DNA from: Clostridia bacterium
GTDB lineage: Bacteria; Bacillota; Clostridia; Oscillospirales; CAG-272
Assembly: GCA_017467105.1 (NCBI GenBank)
Contig: JAFTSU010000002.1
Coordinates: 40,588 to 104,587, forward strand
Reading direction: 5' to 3'
DNA: 64,000 bases
Shown here: piece by piece, positions 57,833-64,000 of the stretch
Layout: every line of letters begins with the position of its first letter
Position numbering within the stretch: the stretch's first letter is position 1
Notes under the pieces: generated by a model
What the model was told of the DNA's origin: nothing
The model's input: only the letters and a program-made list of their open reading frames with translations
The model's database searches: none
Program-made: the position numbers and the translations under genes

Positions 57833-58194
57833 ATTTTGTTCTCCTTGTTTTTCGTATGATGAAACGCTAATTTACCGATTTTGATATCTTTTGGAAGATT
57901 TTTTATTTCTAACAAAAGACAATTACAGAAGGCAGCATCACCGATCTCTTCAAGCCCTTTGGGAAGTGTGATTCCCTCAAGATTTACACACTCCTGAAAA
58001 GCGCTCTTGCCAATTCTCTTGAGAGTTGACGGAAGCGTAATGCTTACAAGTCCGTCGCAAAAAACAAAAGCTTCGTCACCGATTTCTGTTACGCCCTCGG
58101 GGATAACAACCTTCTCTATATCGTCACGCCCTGCATACGCACCATTTTCTATATTTTTCGTTCCTTGGGGAAGGGTTAATACTTTTTCGCTCAT
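57829..58194 (-). CDS. BspA-type leucine-rich-repeat protein (short)
   Basis: Repeated IPEGVTEIGDEAF / LPSTLKRIGKSAF / LPKGLEEIGDAAF units. The start is moved to MSEKVL (RBS AAAGGAG 6 nt upstream). Confidence 0.6.
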   Translation of the reverse strand: MSEKVLTLPQGTKNIENGAYAGRDDIEKVVIPEGVTEIGDEAFVFCDGLVSITLPSTLKRIGKSAFQECVNLEGITLPKGLEEIGDAAFCNCLLLEIKNLPKDIKIGKLAFHHTKNKENKI

Positions 58195-58470
58195 ATAAGG
58201 CTCCTTTACGATGTTTTTTATAAGTATATCGTGTGTATTTGAACGAGAAGTAAACAAATTACGACCCTGCCATTTCCGAGCTCCTTAAAAACATCTTTTA
58301 CTCAATTATAACACAGTTTAGGTAATTATACAATATCTGATGCACCTTTTGCGGCTGTATTGCAATAAAAAACATAGTTCGGTGTGTCACAGAATAGACG
58401 TCGAAAAACCACAATTTGTTCATATTTGGTATGTAAAATATAAATCCAAATTTATAAAAGGAGAGCAGAA

Positions 58471-59241
58471 ATGGGTGGAATTTATAAGAAAATCGGAAAC
58501 TACAATTTAGTTAGAAATTGCGAATTTTTTGGGTTGACAGACAACGAAGGACAAATGCTTTTGCCATGCGAATATGACAGCATATTTTACGAAGGCGGAG
58601 GATTTATTATCACAAAAAAATCGAAGTCGGGATATATCAGATTCCACGAGAAAGTCCCGTCTCACGATGAATACGAAACGGTGTTCGGGTATCCTGAGAA
58701 ATGCGCAGAACAGTTTTTACCCTGCATTTATGATCGAATTGAGCCAACCAGAAACGGCTTGGTTCTCTATTCCATGACAAAGAATAAATATTACGGTGCA
58801 AAGCGCGAATGGTATGATTGCAAGTCAGGTAAAATTTACAAAAACCTGCATTTTTTGCGCAATTATGGTGAATTCGATAAATTTCTCGATACTGATAATC
58901 CTGAGGAAAATTCAAAGCTTAAAAAATCCGGGGAGGATAAATATATCGGTTTTCCGTTCAATATATCAGGAGAAATTTTATACGAAGTTTCACTTTACAA
59001 CGGAGGTGCGCGCTATTTCGTGTGTTCCGAGGATCTTTCTGACGAGGAAATCGAGTTAAAGGGGCATATATGCGAATACTTCTTTTTGATAATACTGCCG
59101 AACACTTATACGTTTACAGAACCAAAATCCGAAATAGCTTTAATCTTTGAGGATTTTCCGAGGCTTGCGAGCATTTGGGACAATGAAGCTAAAAAAGAAA
59201 AAGAACAAAATGAATACAAAAAAAGAAAGGAAAACGGATAA
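58471..59241 (+). CDS. Hypothetical protein, possibly WG-repeat-like
   Basis: 256 aa with RBS AAAGGAG. LPCEYDSI and LPCIYDRI repeats are present. The family call is weak. Confidence 0.5.
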   Translation: MGGIYKKIGNYNLVRNCEFFGLTDNEGQMLLPCEYDSIFYEGGGFIITKKSKSGYIRFHEKVPSHDEYETVFGYPEKCAEQFLPCIYDRIEPTRNGLVLYSMTKNKYYGAKREWYDCKSGKIYKNLHFLRNYGEFDKFLDTDNPEENSKLKKSGEDKYIGFPFNISGEILYEVSLYNGGARYFVCSEDLSDEEIELKGHICEYFFLIILPNTYTFTEPKSEIALIFEDFPRLASIWDNEAKKEKEQNEYKKRKENG

Positions 59242-59444
59242 TGACAAGCACAAGGCAGGAAATTTATGACGGCAAAGGAGCGCGCATCGGCTGGATAGAA
59301 ACCGACGAGCGCGGTAATAAAAGAGTTTACAGCTTTTCAAAAGGTTTAGTCGGATTTTATTACAAGGATGCCAACCGCACGGTAACAGTGAGTGGAAAAA
59401 TTGTAGCCTACTCAGATTGTATGACAGCATTATTATTTTCGTGA
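59241..59444 (+). CDS. Small hypothetical protein (67 aa)
   Basis: TAATG overlap with the upstream gene. The sequence is beta-rich. Confidence 0.4.
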   Translation: MTSTRQEIYDGKGARIGWIETDERGNKRVYSFSKGLVGFYYKDANRTVTVSGKIVAYSDCMTALLFS

Positions 59445-59454
59445 GGTGAAAGAA

Positions 59455-59952
59455 ATGAAAGTGAGTATATATTCAAGAAAAGAGATGGAAACGCTTATTT
59501 CAAGAGATGAAATTGAAAACACTGCTATTATCAGCTTTTACGATCCCATCGGATGCCGACGTAGATATCTTGAAGATTACGCGCCTATTGATTTTTCGGA
59601 CAAATCCGACCGAGTTATGCAGATTGCCATTCACGACCTTGATCTCGAGGCACTCTCGGATTTCGGCTTGTCGGTGGAAGCCTATTTTCCCGAAGCTGAC
59701 ACTCTTGCTGAGTTTATCTATAAGGCAAAAGAGGACGGACTTGACATCATCTGTCAATGTGAATACGGTCAATCCCGCTCCGCAGGCTGCGCCGCCGCGA
59801 TTTTGCAACATTTTTTTAAGAACGGAATCGACGTGTTCGCCGATTACCGATATTACCCAAATCAGCTAGTGTACCATAAGGTGTTTGATGCCCTTGAGAA
59901 ATTTAAAGGAATACTAAAAACAAATGGCAATCCCCCCCAAAAAAATATGTAG
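59455..59952 (+). CDS. Cys-X5-Arg phosphatase-like protein (PTP/DSP fold candidate)
   Basis: CEYGQSRS fits the C-X5-R-S/T P-loop. The start is at MKVSIY, 5 nt after GAGGTGA. Confidence 0.5.
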   Translation: MKVSIYSRKEMETLISRDEIENTAIISFYDPIGCRRRYLEDYAPIDFSDKSDRVMQIAIHDLDLEALSDFGLSVEAYFPEADTLAEFIYKAKEDGLDIICQCEYGQSRSAGCAAAILQHFFKNGIDVFADYRYYPNQLVYHKVFDALEKFKGILKTNGNPPQKNM

Positions 59953-60247
59953 CAATCAAACTCGGAAAACAAATCACCCGACGCTTCTGTTTCAACGCGG
60001 AGATGTTATCAAGAACAAACGCACGGGTGATATTGCTTGTGTAGATAGTTTACCGATTCTCAATTCACATTTGGATTTTAGCGATGAGTGCTATTATTGT
60101 CATTCGTTGGATTGCCAAATTACAGAACAGATAATACGGAATGGAAGTGTTCATCTACACATTCACGTGTTTGATGCTGTTGCGTGTGATATAAAAACTC
60201 TTTCGACAAAACAAAACGAAAACCAATCCTCTTTCGAGGTTCGATAG
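59924..60247 (+). CDS. Hypothetical ORF (107 aa), doubtful
   Basis: It overlaps the previous gene by 29 nt and has no clear RBS. Its stop lies 1 nt before the 12-nt att-like repeat. Confidence 0.25.
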   Translation: MAIPPKKICSNQTRKTNHPTLLFQRGDVIKNKRTGDIACVDSLPILNSHLDFSDECYYCHSLDCQITEQIIRNGSVHLHIHVFDAVACDIKTLSTKQNENQSSFEVR

Positions 60248-60248
60248 T

Positions 60249-60437
60249 GACCATCTAGGATTTTGACGGAGAGCGTCAATATTTCCACACTCTGCGCCTG
60301 ACAAGCGAGCTTGTCGATCTTCGAGTGGGAAATGCGAACCTATTTTCTTGGCTTCGCCTGCGAAAACTAGGTTCTCGCGGACTAGGAAGTCCACCAAAAC
60401 AAAAAGAGGTCAACCGAAAGGGCTGACCTCTTTTTGT
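60249..60437. repeat. tRNA-proximal mini-module: 12-nt direct repeat of the tRNA 3' part, the 44-nt conserved segment, an inverted tRNA-end copy and a terminator
   Basis: GACCATCTAGGA at 60249-60260 is identical to 60443-60454, inside the tRNA. An inverted repeat GTCCACCAA(AA)CAAAAAGAGGTCA / TGACCTCTTTTTGTTGGTGGAC spans 60389-60445. Confidence 0.75.
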
Positions 60438-60514
60438 TGGTGGACCATCTAGGACTCGAACCTAGGACCGACCGGTTATGAGCCGGTAGCTCTAACCAAC
60501 TGAGCTAATGGTCC
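60438..60514 (-). tRNA. tRNA with CAT anticodon (elongator Met type, could be lysidine-modified tRNA-Ile2)
   Basis: Cloverleaf by hand: acceptor GGACCAT/ATGGTCC, D stem GCTC/GAGC, anticodon stem ACCGG/CCGGT with loop CTCATAA, T arm CTAGG-TTCGAGT-CCTAG, encoded CCA. Confidence 0.9.
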
Positions 60515-60663
60515 GTATTTTTGACTAATATATTGTATCAAATAAATATGAATAAATCATTAACAAATAATTAATAAAGTACAAATACTTAATGCTTATT
60601 TGCTGTTTTTGCTATATATTTATATTTATGTCATAATTTTTAAAAAAATTCGGCGAAAATGTA

Positions 60664-60692
60664 TTGACAAAAATTTTTTGATTTGATATAAT
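60664..60692 (+). promoter_or_regulatory. Sigma-A promoter of tRNA-Thr
   Basis: TTGACA, 17-nt spacer, TATAAT. Confidence 0.55.
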
Positions 60693-60727
60693 ATAGTGCG
60701 TCACGGGGAAATATTCTCGTGGTAAAC

Positions 60728-60803
60728 GCTGCTATGGCTCAGCTGGTAGAGCACATCCTTGGTAAGGATGAGGTCCCCGGTCCGAATCCGGGTAGCAGCT
60801 CCA
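60728..60803 (+). tRNA. tRNA-Thr (GGT) with an atypical T loop
   Basis: Acceptor GCTGCTA/TAGCAGC, D stem GCTC/GAGC, anticodon stem CATCC/GGATG with loop TTGGTAA, T arm CCCGG-TCCGAAT-CCGGG (C at position 55), encoded CCA. Confidence 0.8.
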
Positions 60804-60818
60804 GACAACCCCGAAGGT

Positions 60819-61092
60819 AACACTTCGGGGCTTTGGTTTTTTTATTGGAGCTTAAGCTTTTCACAAGGCTTTTTCGGGGTTGGCCGGAGATGCTACTCTC
60901 GCTTCGAGCCGCGCCGCGCCACCCGTGCGCGCGATCCGGTCCGCATACTCCGCTCGGAAATCTGCAAGCTCGCTTGCTAGGTGAAGAGCGTGAGTATCTT
61001 CGCATAGCGAATACCCGGGTGCAACACTTCGGGGCTTTGTTTTTTTGAAGCTTAAGCTTTTTACAGTGTATATTTCGCGCAGCGAATACCCA
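60819..61092 (+). repeat. Direct repeats downstream of tRNA-Thr bracketing a GC-rich segment of about 130 bp
   Basis: AACACTTCGGGGCTTTG(G)TTTTTT..GAAGCTTAAGCTTTT occurs at 60819-60865 and 61023-61065. TCGC(A/G)(T/C)AGCGAATACCC occurs at 61000-61016 and 61076-61092. Confidence 0.7.
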
Positions 61093-61134
61093 TACGCTAA
61101 ATGCAATCAAAAACTGACAATAAAAGAGGCTTAT

Positions 61135-62184
61135 ATGTATATATTCTTTCTGATCACGCTACTAGTCCCTATGCTTGCTTTGCGACGCAGGACGGAGGCA
61201 GACGGTCCCGTTCTCGACTCACGCTCAACACAGTGTATAAAGGGTATACTATGCATATACGTTATGCTTCACAACCTGGGGCTTGATCTGCCAAACGATC
61301 AGTTCAAGGAGCTGATCTGCGAGCACGCGGGAGGCGTTGGTGTGGGACTCTTCTTCTTTCTCTCCGCCTTCGGCATCATCAGATCCTATCAGTCAAAGGG
61401 CAATAAATATCTACCAAAGCTACTCTTCATCCATATACCAAAGCTGTGGCTTGTGGCTGTCTTCATAAATGCGCTGACTTACTTTTCGTTTATGAGGGGA
61501 GAGCTTGAGCCGCTGGATGCTTGTCTCAGAATACTCAACCTTGATCTTTTCATCGGCTTCAACCGTATTAACCGCCACGGGTGGTATATCGCGTCTATCA
61601 TTGCGCTATATATAATCTTCGCTGTGATTTACTACCTTTTCAGCAAGCTGAAGACGGATAAAAAATTCGTAATCGCCGGTATCGTTATGGCACTTGTTCC
61701 GATAGCCTTCCGTATTGCCGCGAAGGTCGCACACCAGGGCGGAATGTACACTAGAGAGCTGCCCGCCTTTGCTATCGGATGTATATACGCAACCTTCTAC
61801 GATCAGATAAACAAGCTGGCAAAAAAGTATTACCTTCCCGCGCTATTGGTTTCTCTTATAGCCTTTGTGATCGGCTATGTAAGCATTGAGGCTATCGCAA
61901 CATACGCCTCAACCGTAATAGTTATTCTCATCTCTCAAAAGTATACTTATTACAATAAAGTTACTTATTTTCTTGGGAAGATCTGTATAGGAGTTTATCT
62001 GTTTTTACACTATTCTTCTATAGTTTTGCAAAGTTTTATTTACAACGAGTACCTTTGGGTGCTGCTCAACGCAGGATTTATTTTTGAGGCGGCAATATTT
62101 ATTTACGCAGCGCAATACTCTATCGAATGGCTGATACGTCGTGGCTCAAATATCATAAGCAAAGGAAAACAAAAAATAGCATAA
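61135..62184 (+). CDS. Acyltransferase family 3 (membrane O-acyltransferase)
   Basis: About 350 aa, about 10 TM segments. The start is at MYIFFL (RBS AAAGAGG 5 nt upstream). Confidence 0.6.
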   Translation: MYIFFLITLLVPMLALRRRTEADGPVLDSRSTQCIKGILCIYVMLHNLGLDLPNDQFKELICEHAGGVGVGLFFFLSAFGIIRSYQSKGNKYLPKLLFIHIPKLWLVAVFINALTYFSFMRGELEPLDACLRILNLDLFIGFNRINRHGWYIASIIALYIIFAVIYYLFSKLKTDKKFVIAGIVMALVPIAFRIAAKVAHQGGMYTRELPAFAIGCIYATFYDQINKLAKKYYLPALLVSLIAFVIGYVSIEAIATYASTVIVILISQKYTYYNKVTYFLGKICIGVYLFLHYSSIVLQSFIYNEYLWVLLNAGFIFEAAIFIYAAQYSIEWLIRRGSNIISKGKQKIA

Positions 62185-62212
62185 TAAAAAGCCCGGAAAA
62201 TTCCGGGTTTTT

Positions 62213-62737
62213 TTACGGGCCAATATTCAGATATGGTAAACTGGCGCGCTCCTTTGGCTTGATTTCATTATTTCCTATAACTATCGATCCGGACGGAACG
62301 TCTCGGTTAACGAAAGCTCCGGGAGCTATAAGTACATCGTCACCAACAGTGATACCTCCAACGATAGAGCTATTGTGACCTATGTATACTCTATCTCCGA
62401 TCCTCGGAGCATTATATCCATTTTTATGACCGTAGCCTATAACGCAGTTTACACCCATGGTACAATTGCAGCCTATCTCCGCCGCGCTAACAACAATTCT
62501 TACACCGTCGTGTAAAAAGCACAATCCTTTCCCGATTTTAGCGTCCAATGAAATCTGATATCCGTTTTTTCTGGCATTAAGCCATTTTAGTGACCAAATA
62601 GCTCTCGTTATTGGATTCTTTGATTTACATTTTATTTGTGCCTTTCGAAATATGACAAGATATTTTATTTCCGGATATAAAAAAATCTTTTTTATATAGT
62701 CAAGCAAACCCTTAAACGTCCTGTCTTCACACTTCAT
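62213..62737 (-). CDS. Hexapeptide-repeat (left-handed beta-helix) O-acetyltransferase, serine acetyltransferase-like
   Basis: IGDRVYIGHNSSIVGGITVGDDVLIAPGAFV hexapeptide repeats are present. The start is moved to MKCEDR (RBS GAGGA). Confidence 0.7.
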   Translation of the reverse strand: MKCEDRTFKGLLDYIKKIFLYPEIKYLVIFRKAQIKCKSKNPITRAIWSLKWLNARKNGYQISLDAKIGKGLCFLHDGVRIVVSAAEIGCNCTMGVNCVIGYGHKNGYNAPRIGDRVYIGHNSSIVGGITVGDDVLIAPGAFVNRDVPSGSIVIGNNEIKPKERASLPYLNIGP

Positions 62738-62875
62738 TTTTATCCTCGAATACCGGTTTTTTATAAAAAAACGAATTACAAGCGTACGTTGGTCAATTAT
62801 TAGTATACTATAGTATTTAATTATTGTCAAGCAATTTTTTATAATAGTATTGTAATAATTGATTAGAGGTGGGCA

Positions 62876-63184
62876 ATGTATAAATCATTGAACGAGAATA
62901 TTAAAGCTCTCCGACTCGAGCTGGGAATTAGCCAGGTTGACGTAGCAAGAAAGCTTTGCGTCTCAAAGCAATGTGTTTCAAATTGGGAAAACGATAACGT
63001 TTTACCATCCATTGAAATGCTGATTAAGCTGGCGGATCTATTCGGAGTGACTACTGATTATCTGCTTGGAAGAGAATCCAACACATATCTTGACGCCTCG
63101 GGGTTAACGCTCTCACAGTACACTCACATAAGCGAGCTTGTAAAGGAATTGTCCGCTCTTAATTTATCAAAAAAAATGATCTGA
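62876..63184 (+). CDS. XRE-family helix-turn-helix transcriptional regulator
   Basis: The HTH ISQVDVARKLCVSKQCVSNWEN is present. 102 aa. Confidence 0.8.
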   Translation: MYKSLNENIKALRLELGISQVDVARKLCVSKQCVSNWENDNVLPSIEMLIKLADLFGVTTDYLLGRESNTYLDASGLTLSQYTHISELVKELSALNLSKKMI

Positions 63185-63277
63185 TTCCGAAGGAAGTTGT
63201 TAAATTTTTCATTCATCTTGCATTTACTCAGACGGTATGATAGAATAAAATCGCAAATATAATTTTTGGAGTATCTT

Positions 63278-64000
63278 ATGAAATTTTCGCTCTACTCGGG
63301 TCTTGGATACCTGATAAACAACTACGGCTTTGAAGGCGCTGCAAGGCGCGCGAAGGAGCTCGGCTTCTCCGGAATAGAGTTATGCTATTTTCTTTCCGGA
63401 AAAGATCAGCTGTCACCGGACGAGGCAAAGGAGTACAAAAAAATCCTTGAAAAGTACAATCTTTCGGTTCCATGCTTCACCTGTGGAACAAGCGTTGTGA
63501 AGATAGACGAGCCCGACAGAATAAATATAGAAAACGTCAACCGTCTGTGCGAGTATCTGGAGGTGGCGTCATTACTTGGCTCTCCTCTGCTCCATCACAC
63601 CGTCTGTTACTCGATCAATCCCCCAAAAGAAGCTCCGGACTACGATATGATCTCGGAGCGCGCCGCAGAGGGATGCAAAATAGTTGCGGACTATGCAAAG
63701 CGGCTCGGCATCAGCGTTATTTACGAGCCTCAGGGCTTCGTTTTTAACGGCGTTTCTGGCCTTGGCGGCTTTTTTGAAAGAATGAAGGGGATATGTGATA
63801 ACGTTGGTATTTGCGGTGACGTTGGCAATACTCTGTTTTTCGACGAGTTCGCCGACGGACTGTTCAAAAAATATTCAAAGGACATTCTGCACGTTCATAT
63901 AAAGGATATGAAGCTCTTCCCCCGGAACAGAGATATGGGAAGCACAAAGCACTACCTCACCAAAGGCGGACAAAAGGCTATCGAGGTTGAGATCGGACAG
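63278..64000 (+). CDS. Sugar phosphate isomerase/epimerase (xylose isomerase-like TIM barrel), 3' end outside the window
   Basis: ATG at 63278 opens a frame that stays open to 64000: MKFSLYSGLGYLINNYGFEGAARRAKELGFSGIELC...YEPQGF...HVHIKD. Confidence 0.65.
   Translation, partial: MKFSLYSGLGYLINNYGFEGAARRAKELGFSGIELCYFLSGKDQLSPDEAKEYKKILEKYNLSVPCFTCGTSVVKIDEPDRINIENVNRLCEYLEVASLLGSPLLHHTVCYSINPPKEAPDYDMISERAAEGCKIVADYAKRLGISVIYEPQGFVFNGVSGLGGFFERMKGICDNVGICGDVGNTLFFDEFADGLFKKYSKDILHVHIKDMKLFPRNRDMGSTKHYLTKGGQKAIEVEIGQ

Overview
This 64-kb chromosomal window reads like a spore-forming, saccharolytic Clostridia-class Firmicute. Supporting genes are dipicolinate synthase dpaAB, two T-box leaders, a Re-type citrate synthase / aconitase / isocitrate dehydrogenase branch, several glycoside hydrolases and GPH/MFS sugar transporters. 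I can support about 60 protein genes, 2 tRNAs, 2 tryptophan-specific T-box leaders, a set of canonical sigma-A promoters and intrinsic terminators, and several repeat families. I saw no rRNA, CRISPR array, integrase or transposase gene. Most of the window is ordinary metabolism. The unusual parts are: (1) a visibly AT-richer island (about 53.4-60.5 kb) stacked on the 3' end of a tRNA-Met(CAT) gene and delimited by nested direct repeats of the tRNA end and its flank. (2) Inside that island, two about 96%-identical copies plus one truncated copy of a roughly 280-bp non-coding element made of inverted arrays of an 11-bp iteron, each iteron flanked by a different mini-hairpin. (3) A 15-mer, AATTATTTACATTTT, recurs at least 6 times with at most 1 mismatch, always intergenic and always co-oriented with the gene upstream of it. 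(4) A Trp T-box sits about 275 nt upstream of a PHP (TrpH-like) gene that precedes trpS. (5) A PHP paralogue can only start at ATT. (6) A small ORF is split by two homopolymer tracts. All protein-family calls come from motif recognition by eye. No database search, HMM, covariance model or folding program was run, and G+C differences are judged by eye, not computed.
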